A stretch of 64,000 bases of DNA from an uncultured Gemmatimonadaceae bacterium (GTDB lineage: Bacteria > Gemmatimonadota > Gemmatimonadetes > Gemmatimonadales > Gemmatimonadaceae): assembly GCA_963829055.1 (NCBI GenBank), contig CAWHHI010000006.1, positions 320,001 to 384,000 of the forward strand. The letters are read 5' to 3'. Position numbers and translations under genes: made by a program. Positions 9,986-21,230 of the stretch are shown piece after piece (position 1 is the stretch's first letter; every line of letters starts with the position of its first letter). Below the pieces are notes generated by a model that saw only the letters and a list, made by a program, of their open reading frames with translations, ran no database searches and had not been told where the DNA came from.

Positions 9986-12645
9986 CTGCGAATCGCACGC
10001 CTCATCGCACTCCTTGTCGTAGCCGTCGGCGCCGGTTGTCGCGCGGGGAGCAGCGCACCGGCTGCCGCGCCGTCCGTCACCCAGCAGGCTGTCGCCACGT
10101 TCCCCGGCGACACCTGGCAACGCGTCGCAGACCCCACGCGTGCCGGCTGGAACAAGGCCGGGCTCGACTCCGTGCAGTCCCTGATCTCGCGCATGAACTC
10201 GAGCGCGATGGTGGTCGTCGAGCACGGCCGGATCGTCTACTCGTACGGCGATCTCACCGCGCAGAGCTACCTCGCATCCGTCCGGAAGAGCATCCTGTCG
10301 ATGCTCTATGGCATCGAGATCGCGCGGGGGCACATCGACACCTCCAAGACGCTCGCCACGCTCGGCATCGATGACCTCGGCGGGCTCCTTCCGCGCGAGA
10401 AGGAGGCGACGATCCAGGACTTGTTAGGCGCCCGCTCGGGCGTCTACCACATCGCGTCGTACGCCGGGGACTTCCTGGCCGAGGCGCCGCCGCGTGGATC
10501 GCAGAAGCATGGGACGTATCAGCTGTACTCCAACTGGGACTTCAACGCGCTCGGCACCATCTTCGAGCAGGAGACGAAACGGAATCTCTTCGACGCGCTC
10601 GAGCAGGAGATAGCGCGGCCGATCCAAATGCAGGACTTTCGGCGTGACCTGCAGAAGAAGGAAGGCGACTCGACGCGGTCGATTCACCCGGCGTACCCGA
10701 TCTTCCTGACGACGCGCGACATGGCCCGCATCGGGTTGCTGATGCTCCACAACGGCAACTGGAACGGAAAGCAGATCGTGCCGCGGGACTGGGTCGCCAA
10801 GTCCACCGGCATCATCACCCCAGCGGCGCAGCTCAACCCGTCGCGCATCAGGCGTGACCGCGTCGGGTACGGGTATCTCTGGTGGGTGTTCGACGGCCCG
10901 TGGAATACCGGGCCGTACGAGGGCGCGTACACCGGTATTGGCGCGATCGGGCAGTTCATCACGGTGATCCCGAAGCTCGACCTCGTCATCGCGCACAAGA
11001 CCATCCCGCGCGAGCCTGACAACCCGAGCGTGTCGCAGGGTGACTACTTCGCGCTGCTCGACCGCGTCATCGCCGCACGCACCGGCGCCATGCCGCAGCC
11101 GAAGCAGCCGGCGCTCGCTCCCTATGATCTGCTGATCACGAACGCCCGTATCATCGACGGGACGGGTACTCCAGCGGTTTCTGGTGACGTCGCGATCGTC
11201 GGGCCGCGCATCGTCCGGGTGTCGACGACACCGCTGCCCCGAGACTCCGCGCTGCGCGTGATCGACGCTCGTGGTCACGTGCTGTCGCCGGGCTTCATCG
11301 ACATGCACGCGCACCTCGAGCCGCTGTTGAACATGCCGGACGCCCAGAGCGCAGCGCGTCAGGGCGTGACGTTGGCGTTAGGCGGCCCCGACGGCGGTGG
11401 ACCGTGGCCATTTGGCGCCTATCTCGACTCGGCTGATCGCGCGGGACTCGGTATCAACGTCGCGTATCTCACCGGGCACAACACGATCCGACGCGAAGTG
11501 ATGGGCACCGCGAACCGCGCGCCGACGCAGGCCGAGCTCGCGCGCATGACGGGGATGGTCGGGCAGGCCATGCACGAGGGCGCGTTCGGCATCAGCACCG
11601 GACTACGCTACATCCCCGGCTTCTACTCGAAGATCGACGAGGTGATCGCGCTGTCGAAAGTCGCCGCCGACTCCGGCGGCATCTACACGTCGCATCTTCG
11701 CGAAGAAGGACTCGGCCTGTTCGAGGGCGTTGGCGAGGCGCTGGAGATCGGGCGGCAAGCGCACATCCCGATCGTGCTCACGCATCACAAGGCGATCGGC
11801 CAGCAAATGTGGGGCAAGAGCTACCGTCACGCTTCACATGGTGGACTCTGCACGTGCCGCTGGTACCGATGTGATGATCGACCAGTACCCGTACACCGCG
11901 AGCTCGACGAGTCTCGACGTGCTCGTTCCGCCCTGGGCGCTGGAAGGCGGGCGGACCGAGCTCGCGAAGAAACTTCAGAATCCGGTGCTGAAGGATACCA
12001 TAACGCGAGGCGTGATCGACTACCTCGCTGAACGACCGCGGCGGTGGCGACATCAAGCGCGTGCAGTTCGCGAACGTCGCGTGGGACCACACGCTCGACG
12101 GCAAGACGCTCTACGATTGGGCCGTTCGCAAGGGCATTGCGCCGACGCCGCAGAAAGCGGCGCCGCTCGTGCTCGAAGGTGTCGTGAACGGCGGTGCGTC
12201 GATGGTCTTTCACGTCATCGATGAGGGAGACGTCAGGCGCATCATGGCGCACCCGATGACGATGATCGGGAGCGACGGGCGGCTGTCGCGGCCTGGCGAC
12301 GGTGTCCCGCACCCCCGCAACTACGGCACGTTCCCGCGCGTGTTCGGCGAGTACGTCCGCGTGCAGCACGTGCTCACGCTCGAGCAGGCGGTGCACAAGA
12401 TGACCGGGATGTCGGCCAAGCGGCTTGGTCTGGCGAATCGTGGGTGCATCCGTGCTGGCTGTTTCGCGGACATCACCGTCTTCGATCCCGCCACGATCGC
12501 CGACAAGGGGACGTTCACCCAGCCGCACCAGTATCCGGTCGGCATCGACTGGGTTATCGTGAACGGCACGCCAGTGGTTGCGGAGGGCAAGTTCACGGAG
12601 GCGCGGCCAGGTCGCGTTCTGCGACATTCTCCCTCACGAAACTGA
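9986..12645 (+). CDS. Serine hydrolase (beta-lactamase family) fused to N-acyl-D-amino-acid deacylase; lipoprotein; two +1 frameshifts (~11822, ~12027)
   Basis: SVRK and YSN motifs, then PGFIDMHAH, DQYPYTASST, GSDG and HPRNYGTFPR across ORFs 10172..12031, 11730..12224 and 12061..12645. The upstream in-frame lipobox suggests a CTG start at 9986. Confidence 0.85.
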
Positions 12646-12672
12646 ATCGGTATCGTCCAACGGAGGGAGCCG

Positions 12673-13464
12673 GTGGGGAGAATTCGTGCGTGTGTGGTGG
12701 CCGCAGCCATCGCGGCGGCGGCCACGCCGAGCGCCGCGCGTGCACAGGGGGACGAGATCCAGGTGTACGACGGCGGCCTGGCCCCGAAGGGGGTCTTCAA
12801 CCTCACCCTTCACAACAACTACACGCCTGACGGCATCAAGACCCCGTCGTTCCCGGGCGCGGTAGTCTCGCACAAATCCCTGAACGGCGTCCCCGAGTGG
12901 GCCTATGGGGTCAACCGCTGGTTCGAGCTTGGTTTGTATCTGCCGCTCTACAGCCACGACGCGGACATGGGCTGGGGGCTGAACGGGTTCAAGCTGCGCA
13001 CGCTGTTCGCCGTGCCTAACGCCGACGACCGCCGCTTCGTGTACGGCGCGAACTTCGAGTTCAGCTACAACACCGAGCGCTGGGATACCAGCCGGTTCAC
13101 ATCGGAGATCCGGCCGATCATCGGCTGGCACCTGCGTCCGGTGGACGTGATCTTCAATCCGATCTTCGATACGTCGTACGATGGGCTGAACAACCTCGAG
13201 TTCGTGCCGTCCACGCGCATCGCCTACAACACTGCGTCTTCGTGGGCTTTCGCCATCGAAGAGTATTCAGACTACGGATCGCTCGACGACGTTGCGCCGG
13301 CGGCCGAGCAAGGGCACCAGCTGTTTGCTGTGGTCGATCACTCGAGCCCGTCGCTCGACGTGGAATTCGGCGTCGGCTACGGGCTCACCAGCGCGAGCGA
13401 CCGGTTCACACTGAAGCTGATTCTGGCCCACGACTTCAACAAACCGCGGTCGAAGAGGGCATGA
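12673..13464 (+). CDS. Putative outer-membrane beta-barrel hypothetical protein
   Basis: Signal peptide, DEIQVYD start, alternating aromatic/hydrophobic beta-strands. Confidence 0.7.
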   Translation: MGRIRACVVAAAIAAAATPSAARAQGDEIQVYDGGLAPKGVFNLTLHNNYTPDGIKTPSFPGAVVSHKSLNGVPEWAYGVNRWFELGLYLPLYSHDADMGWGLNGFKLRTLFAVPNADDRRFVYGANFEFSYNTERWDTSRFTSEIRPIIGWHLRPVDVIFNPIFDTSYDGLNNLEFVPSTRIAYNTASSWAFAIEEYSDYGSLDDVAPAAEQGHQLFAVVDHSSPSLDVEFGVGYGLTSASDRFTLKLILAHDFNKPRSKRA

Positions 13465-13516
13465 AGACGGGCACCGCAGGGCCACGATAGACTACGTCCC
13501 GCCAAGGAGGCGTTAG

Positions 13517-14869
13517 GTGCAGGATCTCACCACAGGGCCGGTCACGCGTCATCTCCTCAAGACCGCGAGCTTCATGCTCGTGACGATGGTCTTTCAGACG
13601 CTGTACTTCCTGATCGATCTCTATTGGGTGGGGCGTCTGGGCACGCAGGCCGTCGCGGCTGTCGGCGTCGCCGGCAACCTGAGCTTCATGGTGCTCGCGC
13701 TCACGCAGATGCTGGGCGTCGGCACCACGACCGTCGTGTCACACGCGGCCGGCCGGAAGGATCACCCGCAGGCGCTGTTGATGTTCAATCAGTCGCAGGT
13801 GCTGGCGATGGTGACGGGCGTGCTCTTTCTCGTCGTGGGGATGGCCGTCCGCGTGCGATACGCTTCGGCACTGAGCGCGGATGCGGGAACAGCGGCCATG
13901 GCCGCCGACTATCTGCTCTGGTTCATTCCCGCGATGGCCCTTCAGTTCGCGTTGGTCGCGATGGGGTCCGCGCTGCGCGGCGTCGGCAACTTCAAGCCCG
14001 GCATGATCGTGTCGACGGCGACGATCATCATCAACATGATCCTCGCGCCGTTCCTCATCTTCGGGTGGGGGACGGGGCATGCCTTCGGCGTCGCCGGCGC
14101 CGCGATGTCGTCGCTCATCGCGATCGTCGTCGGCATCGTGTGGTTCACGAAGTATTTCGTTGAACCCGGTGCCTACCTGCGGTTCATGACCGCTGACTGG
14201 CCACCGCGATTCGACCTGTGGCGGAAGATGCTCGGGATCGGTCTCCCCGCCGGCTTCGAGTTCGCGCTCATGGCGCTGTACATGGTCATCGTGTACTCGA
14301 TCGCGCGTCCGTTCGGCGCGGCGGCGCAAGCGGGCTTCGGCATCGGCATGCGCATCGTGCAGTCCGGGTTTCTTCCTATCGTCGCCCTCGGTTTCTCGGT
14401 TGCGCCCGTCGCGGGACAGAACTTCGGTGCGGGAATGGCGCAGCGCGTGAAGGACACGTTCCGGGATGCAGCCGTCATGGCTATGGGAGCGTCGATCCTG
14501 TTCGCGATCATCTGCAACATCGCGCCGGCGGCGCTCGTGGGAATCTTCTCGACCGATCCAGAGGTCATCGCCCGCGGCGAGGATTACCTCCGGATCATCT
14601 CGTGGAACTTCGTCGCCTCCGGACTGATCTTCGTGTCGTCGAGCATGTTCCAGGCGATGGGCAACACGATTCCTTCGCTGATCAGCTCGGGCGTGCGACT
14701 CGCGATCGTCGCGATTCCGGCCGTGCTGCTGTCGAGAATGCCGGGATTCGAAATGCGCTGGATCTGGTATCTGTCGGTTGGCGCCGTGTTCATTCAGCTG
14801 GCGCTGAGCTTGTTGCTGCTCCGTCGCGAATTCGATCGGCGGCTGCAATTCGTTGCTGTTCCCGCCTAA
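13517..14869 (+). CDS. MATE family efflux transporter
   Basis: About 12 TM segments; DL.WVG.LG..AVAAVG and GQNFGAG motifs; AAGGAGG RBS. Confidence 0.92.
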   Translation: MQDLTTGPVTRHLLKTASFMLVTMVFQTLYFLIDLYWVGRLGTQAVAAVGVAGNLSFMVLALTQMLGVGTTTVVSHAAGRKDHPQALLMFNQSQVLAMVTGVLFLVVGMAVRVRYASALSADAGTAAMAADYLLWFIPAMALQFALVAMGSALRGVGNFKPGMIVSTATIIINMILAPFLIFGWGTGHAFGVAGAAMSSLIAIVVGIVWFTKYFVEPGAYLRFMTADWPPRFDLWRKMLGIGLPAGFEFALMALYMVIVYSIARPFGAAAQAGFGIGMRIVQSGFLPIVALGFSVAPVAGQNFGAGMAQRVKDTFRDAAVMAMGASILFAIICNIAPAALVGIFSTDPEVIARGEDYLRIISWNFVASGLIFVSSSMFQAMGNTIPSLISSGVRLAIVAIPAVLLSRMPGFEMRWIWYLSVGAVFIQLALSLLLLRREFDRRLQFVAVPA

Positions 14870-14889
14870 CGTCGCTTCGGTTGCCATCC

Positions 14890-15300
14890 ATGGCGCCCGC
14901 TCCCGAGCCCATCGACAGCGAGGAACGCGACCTGGGCCTCGACGTGCCGATCACCCGTCGCGACTTCCTCAATTCAACGCTGCTCGCGAGCGGAGCCCTG
15001 CTGCTCGACGCGAAGGCGCCCCTGTTGGCTCAGGCGCCGAGCGCGAGCAACGCTGCGTGGGAGGGCTTTGGCGGTGTGGGCGACTACGCCCGGTCGCACG
15101 GCAACATGTGGGCGACCGTGAGCACCGCGCACGACCTGCGCGACGGTAAGCTCGGGGACGATGCCGCACGTCGGCGGGCCGTGGACACCGGCGAGCGCTA
15201 CGATCTCATCGTCGTCGGCGGCGGACTCTCGGGACTCGGCGCGGCCGCCTTCTTTCAGAAGCTCAAGGGCGGCGAGTGCTGGTGCTCGATCACGGGCAAC
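14890..15300 (+). pseudogene. Truncated Tat-exported FAD-dependent oxidoreductase (spermidine dehydrogenase-like N-terminus)
   Basis: ITRRDFLN twin-arginine motif, GGVGDY..SHGN, YDLIVVGGGLSGL; homology shifts frame near 15279 (C-LVLD-H) and ends at a REP element. Confidence 0.75.
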
Positions 15301-15321
15301 GGGGCAATTGTTAGGCGGCTA

Positions 15322-15472
15322 GTCATGCCGAGCGGGGTTGTCATTCCGAGCGAGCGCAGCGAGTCGAGGAATCGAGACTGGGTGGATAGAGGGCTCTCTA
15401 CCCGGACGATCGCGATTCCTCGACTCCGGGCCTTCGGCCCTCCGCTCGGAATGACAACTCGCTCGGCATGAC
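15322..15472. repeat. REP-like palindromic element, GTCATTCCGAGCG...CGCTCGGAATGAC family
   Basis: Nested inverted repeats gtcatgccgagcg/gtcattccgagcg...gagtcgaggaatcg...cgattcctcgactc...cgctcggaatgac/cgctcggcatgac. Confidence 0.85.
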
Positions 15473-15537
15473 AACCGAGAAACCGGCCGCTGAACCGGCT
15501 CGTAGGCGAGTTACACCCCACCGAACCCCGCCCGATC

Positions 15538-18019
15538 ATGACCATCTCGGCCATCGCCCGACCCGCCTGGAGATCGCTGCGCCGCAGCCCCGCCTTCACC
15601 ATCACCGCGTCGCTGACACTCGTCATCGGCATCGGCGCGGCGGTCGCGATCTTCGCCCTCGTGAACGGGGTGCTGCTGCGCCCGCTTCCGTATGGAAACC
15701 CCGATCGACTGGTCGCGATGTACCACGACCTGAGCATCGCGGCGCTCCCCAAGGGCAACCAGACCGCGGGCACGTACTTCACGTACAAGCGGCTGGCGAG
15801 AACCGCCGAGAGCATGGGACTGTACCAGAGCGGCGCCGTCAACGTGTCCGACCCGCGCGGCGGCGCCGAGCCGCAGCGCATCGGCTCGACGTGGATGACG
15901 GCCAGCGTCCTCTCGGTGCTCCAGGTATCGCCGCTCGTGGGACGCAACTTCACCGATGCGGAAGACCTGCCGAAAGGGCCTAACGTCATCCTCATCAGCG
16001 AAGGACTCTGGCGATCGCGCTTCGGCGCCGACCCGCGCATCCTCGGCCGCACCCTCGAGGTGAATGGGAAGAGTCACGAGATCATTGGCGTGATGCCCCA
16101 GCGCTTCCGATTCCCCATGACGGACACGCAACTCTGGCTGCCGCTGCAGCTCGACCCGAATACGCCGTTCCCTGGCGGCTTCAACTATGACGGCATCGCG
16201 CGGCTCAAGCCCGGCATCTCGCCCGTGGACGCGCGGCGTGACTTCGCTTCGGTGCTGCCGCGGATGGTCGAGATGTTTCCGAATATCGCGCCCGGCGTCT
16301 CGACGAAGATGCTGCTCGATCAGGCGAAGCCCGTCCCGTTACTCGTTCCGCTCAAGGACGATGTGACTGGGGGCATCGCGAAGACGCTGTGGATCGTCGC
16401 TGCTGCTGCGGTGCTCGTGCTGCTCGTCGCCTGCGCGAACGTGACGAACCTCATCCTCGTCCGCGCCGATGGTCGCCAGCGAGAGCTCGCGGTTCGCGAA
16501 GCACTCGGCGCCGGACGCGGTCGGGTGCTCGCGTACTTCCTGGCCGAATCGCTCGTGGTCACCGCTGTTTCCGGCGTGGTCGGATTGCTGCTCGCGGCGG
16601 TCGCCATACGTGTCCTCGTGAATGCGGGACCGACCGCCATCCCGAGGCTGAGCGAGGTGCACGTCGATCCCGCGACCGTCGGCTTTGCGCTCGCGGTCGT
16701 CGTCGTGGTCGCATTCGTGTGCAGCATCGCGCCGGGCCTGCGGATCGGCAGCGTCGATCTCTCGAACGCGCTGCGAGAGGGCGGACGCGGCGGCACGGCA
16801 GGGCGTGCGCGTCAGCGGCTGCGCAGCACGCTCGTCGCCGCGCAGATTGCGCTCGCACTCGTCGCGCTCGCGAGCTCGGGATTACTGCTGCGCACGTTCC
16901 AGCGACTCAACGCCGTGCGGCCCGGCTTCGACGCGGAGCGGCTCGCGACATTCTGGCTGTCGCTACCCGAGACGCGCTATCCGAGCGATACGTCCGTCGT
17001 CCGCTTCTACACGCAGGTGCTGGAGCGCGTGCGCGCACTGCCGGGCGTCGTGGAGGCCAGCGTCACGTCGCGCCTGCCACTCGTGAATAACAACGGCATG
17101 AGCCAGGATCCCCTGTACCCGGAGGGTGATGCCACATACACCTCGAAGATTCCGCCGCTGCAATTGTACACGACGACGGACGGCAGCTACTTCCGCACGA
17201 TGGGCATTCCGCTGATCGCGGGGAAAACGTTCGACCGGCTCGAGACCCAGCGGTCTGACGAGGCGATCATCAGCCGCGCGGCGGCCATCCAGTTCTGGCA
17301 TGACTCGACCGGCCAGCAGGCGCTCGGCAAGCGGTTCCGGGAGCTGCCTAACACGCCGTGGTTCACCGTGATCGGAGTCGTCGGTGACACACGTGACACG
17401 CTCGCTCGCGTCGCCGCCGTCGCAGGTCGTCTACCGGCCGCAGACGGTGTCGGCGGACCAGTTGATGGGCCAGACGCGCTGGACGATGGCGCTCGCCGTC
17501 CGTACCGCTGGTGAGCCGACGTCGATCATGTCGGCCGTGCAGCGCAGCGTCCGCGATCTCGATCCAGGTTTGCCACTCTATGACGTGCGCTCGATGAGCG
17601 CTGTCGCAGCGGCATCGATGGCGCAGCTGTCGTTCACGATCATCGTGCTCGGCGCCGCGGCGCTGGTGACGCTCGTTCTCGGTGCGGTCGGTCTGTATGG
17701 CGTCATGGCGTACGTGGTTGCGCTGCGCACGCGTGAGCTGGCGGTCCGTATCGCGTTAGGTGCGACGCCGCAGGCCATCGTGCGCATGCTCACGACGCAA
17801 GGCGTGATCGTCACGGGGTTCGGCGTGGTGGGTGGGCTCGTGCTGTTCGCGCTCATCGCGCGGACACTGAGGTCGCTGCTGTTCGGCGTCGCGTCGACCG
17901 ATCCGCTCACGCTCGCGAGCGCGTCGCTGCTGCTCATTGCCATAGCCGCGCTCGCGAGCTGGTTGCCGGCGCGTCGCACGTCACGCGTGGATCCGGCGGA
18001 CGTCTTGCGCGCCGAGTAG
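15538..18019 (+). CDS. ADOP-family duplicated ABC (MacB/FtsX-like) permease; +1 frameshift near 17401
   Basis: LRRSPAFT..ASLTLVIGIGA, LLRPLPY, ACANVTNL, RELAVREALGA; C-terminus in ORF 17384..18019 ends VDPADVLRAE. Confidence 0.9.
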
Positions 18020-18025
18020 ACGGGA

Positions 18026-18410
18026 GTTGGGGTGCACGATCTGGAGTCTGACCCTAGTCTGACCCCAATTGTGCTCTCGGCAAGCATCTCAGACGAAAGG
18101 GGCGACCGGATGCTGCGGATCGAGCGGATTGATTCCCTGCGACAGACGGATGCTGTCGCAACCGCCGCCGCCCAGCCGTTGCCATCCTGCCAATCCTGCC
18201 AATCCTGTCTGCTTTTGCTTTTCCAATTGGAGCTCTGCCCTCCTTCGATCCAGACTGTTAGGCTGGATGGCTGCTGAAGCAGTCCCTCTGCGTCCCTTGG
18301 CGTCCTCGGCGGTGAACTGCTGTTCCTCGATGCGTTCGAAGGATGCAATTGGGGTCAGACTCGAGTCTGACCCCAATTTGCGCGAGTCAGACTCGAGTCT
18401 GACCCCAATT
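18026..18410. repeat. Cluster of GGGGTCAGACTCGAGTCTGACCCC palindromes flanking 9-mer periodic repeats
   Basis: Perfect 32-bp palindrome at 18347-18378, partial copies at 18385-18410 and 18043-18070; internal ccaatcctg repeats at ~18182-18208. Confidence 0.85.
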
Positions 18411-18480
18411 GCGGTGAGTGTAGAGAAAACGAGGTCGGCTCCGACTTTCTATGCATAGACCGACAACGGAGAACGATGAC

Positions 18481-20016
18481 ATGACGAATACGACGACCTC
18501 GTCCGGTCCGCCAACTGGAACCGGCGCACGTGGACCGCTTGTGGTCTCGAAGACCAACCCGCGGTATTTCGCTATCCGATCCGCCGGCGACGACGAGCAA
18601 CTCGTTTATCTCACCGGCTCGCACATCTGGAACAACTTCCACGACGGACTCGGGCCAGGCGGAAAGTGCGCGGGCAAGCCCGAAGTGAACGACTACGACG
18701 CGTACCTGAAATTCCTCCAGGCGCACGGCCACAACTTCATCCGCCTCTGGCGGTGGGAGCAGTTCAGGTCGCAGGCCGCCGGTGGCAACTTCCACCTCTG
18801 CATGACGCCGCAGCCGTGGCCACGCACGGGCGCCGGTACGGCGAAGGACGGAAAGCCCAGGTTCGATCTGTCGACATTCGACCCCGCGTACTTCGATCGG
18901 CTTCGCGATCGTGTGATCGCCGCCCGGGATGCGGGTATCTACGTCGGCGTGATGTTCTTCGACGGATGGGGCCTTCATCTGAGCCCGCCACCGGACAACG
19001 TGGAGGGCCATCCCTTTCATGCCGCGAACAACGTCAACGGGATCGCGGTGAAGTCGATCCTCGATCACCAGGTGCTTCCGTTGGACCCACGTGTCCAGGC
19101 GATCCAGGAAGCGTACATCCGCAAGGTCATCGACACCGTGCACGACATGCCTAACGTGCTCTACGAGGTGTCCAACGAGTCGTCCGGCGGCGGGAAGGTC
19201 GACCAGACCTTCCTCGGGTTCCTGGGATTCAAGGAGCCGCAGGAGTGGGGCGATTCCACCGAGTGGCAGTACTGGGTGATCGACGTCGTCAAGCGGTACG
19301 AGCGCGAGCGCGGCTACGACTCGCACCCGATCGGCATGACGATGCAGTTCCCGGTCACCGATCAGACGAAGGTGAACGATCCGCTGTTCGCGAGTCAGGC
19401 AGACTGGATCTCGCCAGGGTACGACGACGAGATCTTCAGGAACGGGCTCCATCCCATGGCGCCGAACAGCCCGCCGTCGCGCTGGTTCGACGACCCGCCG
19501 CCCGCCACCGGGGCGAAGGTCGTGATCACGGATACGGATCACTACGCGCCCGGCAAGGGCGACGCGCTGTGGGCGTGGAAGTCGTTCGTGCGCGGCCACC
19601 ATCCGATCCTCATGGACTTCGGGATCATCGATGTCGTGAAGCCGCTCGACCCGTCGTTAGGCGTCCCGCCATCTGACTTCTACGAGCCGGCACGGAACGC
19701 CATGGGCGACACCCGCCGCTACGCGGACCGCATGACGCTCGCGAACGCCGTGCCACGAGGCGATCTCACATCCACCGGGTTCGCGCTGGCAAACCCTGGA
19801 ACGGAGTATCTCGTCCTGCAGCCAGCCGATTCTGCCGCCCCGTTCACCGTTACGCTGACGGCCGGCACGTACGATGTGGAATGGTTCAGCGTCAACGATC
19901 GCCAAACCGCACGAGCCGATGCGACGAAGGCCGAGCGCGATGGAGGCGTGAGCTTTCGCCCGCCTTTCGCCGCGCCCGGGCCATGTGCGTTGTACCTGAA
20001 ACGCGTTGGTACCTGA
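18481..20016 (+). CDS. DUF6298-like putative glycoside hydrolase with C-terminal collagen-binding-like domain
   Basis: GPL.V...NPRYF, YLTGSH.W, HNFIRLW.WE, NVLYEVSNE, DTDH motifs. Confidence 0.72.
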   Translation: MTNTTTSSGPPTGTGARGPLVVSKTNPRYFAIRSAGDDEQLVYLTGSHIWNNFHDGLGPGGKCAGKPEVNDYDAYLKFLQAHGHNFIRLWRWEQFRSQAAGGNFHLCMTPQPWPRTGAGTAKDGKPRFDLSTFDPAYFDRLRDRVIAARDAGIYVGVMFFDGWGLHLSPPPDNVEGHPFHAANNVNGIAVKSILDHQVLPLDPRVQAIQEAYIRKVIDTVHDMPNVLYEVSNESSGGGKVDQTFLGFLGFKEPQEWGDSTEWQYWVIDVVKRYERERGYDSHPIGMTMQFPVTDQTKVNDPLFASQADWISPGYDDEIFRNGLHPMAPNSPPSRWFDDPPPATGAKVVITDTDHYAPGKGDALWAWKSFVRGHHPILMDFGIIDVVKPLDPSLGVPPSDFYEPARNAMGDTRRYADRMTLANAVPRGDLTSTGFALANPGTEYLVLQPADSAAPFTVTLTAGTYDVEWFSVNDRQTARADATKAERDGGVSFRPPFAAPGPCALYLKRVGT

Positions 20017-20050
20017 GTCGCGCACCTAACGCCAGTCGTGGCGGGCGCGG

Positions 20051-20392
20051 CTAACGCGCGTCCCTCGCGCGACGTGCGCGCTTGCCGCGAGCGACTTCGG
20101 TGGCCAGCGCGTCGAGCCGCTGACTCCAGAGCCGGCGGAACCGGCCCAGCCATGCGTCGATCTCCCCGAGCGGTAGATCGCTCACGTCGTACATGCGGCG
20201 CGGGCCGTCGACTCGGACCGTCGCGAAGCCGCTCTCGCGAAGGACGCGCAGGTGCTGCGAGATCGCGGGCTGCGAGATGTCGAACTCCCGCTGCACCACC
20301 TCGGCGATCTCGCCCGAGCTGCGCGTCCCCTCGGCCAGGAGCTCGAGGATGCGGCGCCTAACGGGATTGCCGAGGACGTCGAAGGCTTGCAT
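20051..20392 (-). CDS. ArsR/SmtB family transcriptional regulator
   Basis: MQAFDVLGNPVRRRILELL...ISQPAISQHLRVLRESG. Confidence 0.92.
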   Translation of the reverse strand: MQAFDVLGNPVRRRILELLAEGTRSSGEIAEVVQREFDISQPAISQHLRVLRESGFATVRVDGPRRMYDVSDLPLGEIDAWLGRFRRLWSQRLDALATEVARGKRARRARDAR

Positions 20393-20402
20393 CACCGTTT
20401 CA

Positions 20403-21068
20403 TCAGGCGGGCGCGTCCTGTCCGGCTGTTCGAGTCGGCTCACCGGTGTACGCGGCGATCGTGCGCGAGGCAGCCGCCTCCGCTGCGGCCGCATCGGCGC
20501 CAGACGCCACCGACGCTCGACACCAGTCGTCGCTGCTCTGCCGCGCGAATGCCTTGCCGTTCTCGGATCCGAGCCAGGCCGCTGCTTCCTGCGGATCGAC
20601 GGCGGCGCCGGTAGCCATGTGGATCTCGAGGCCAACGAGCGCCATGTCCCAGCCCACGCCGACGGCGCCCGGACCGTATTGATCCCACGTCGCGTCAGGC
20701 ACTGGCATCACGTGCTGCAGCTCGAGGTGCGCGCGACCGTTTGCTGTAGGCGCGAGCCTAACGTCGACCCACGACACCTGGCCGCCGAACTCCCACGTTA
20801 CCGCAAGGTGCCGAGGCGGCTCGCACCGCGTGATGGTGCCGCCAGCGTTTCCCTGGAGCTGATAGCGGCCGCCGAGGCGCAGGTCACCCGAGACGGGGAG
20901 GAACCAGCGGGGGATTCGCTCCTTGCTGGTGAGCGCGTCCCAGAGGTCATCGACGGTCGTGTCGTACTCTCGGCTGGCGATGACGGCGTGTGCGGGCTGG
21001 CCGTCGTGTGTTCGACTTTCTACCGTGCGCGAGACCGCGCCGATATGGTGGGCGATGTCGATCTTCAT
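20403..21068 (-). CDS. SRPBCC (AHSA1-like) domain protein
   Basis: DLWDALT..ERIPRWFLP.SGDL..GGRYQL.GNAGG, GVGWD. Confidence 0.9.
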   Translation of the reverse strand: MKIDIAHHIGAVSRTVESRTHDGQPAHAVIASREYDTTVDDLWDALTSKERIPRWFLPVSGDLRLGGRYQLQGNAGGTITRCEPPRHLAVTWEFGGQVSWVDVRLAPTANGRAHLELQHVMPVPDATWDQYGPGAVGVGWDMALVGLEIHMATGAAVDPQEAAAWLGSENGKAFARQSSDDWCRASVASGADAAAAEAAASRTIAAYTGEPTRTAGQDAPA

Positions 21069-21230
21069 GGCGAGAGGCTTCTCCGGTGTGAGCGGACCTC
21101 GCGCATTATATAACAGACGCCTTATATAAGTAAAGCCTTATGGAGTTCCGGTGAGACCCGGGACAGAAGGAAAACGGCCGCGAGACTCTCCAGAGTCCGC
21201 GGCCGTTCCTCACTTGACGCACCGCCGCGG

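Noticed and set aside
18026..18410. Possible CRISPR array from the repeated palindromes
   Set aside because: Only 2-3 partial copies with irregular spacing, no unique spacers of constant length, and no cas genes.
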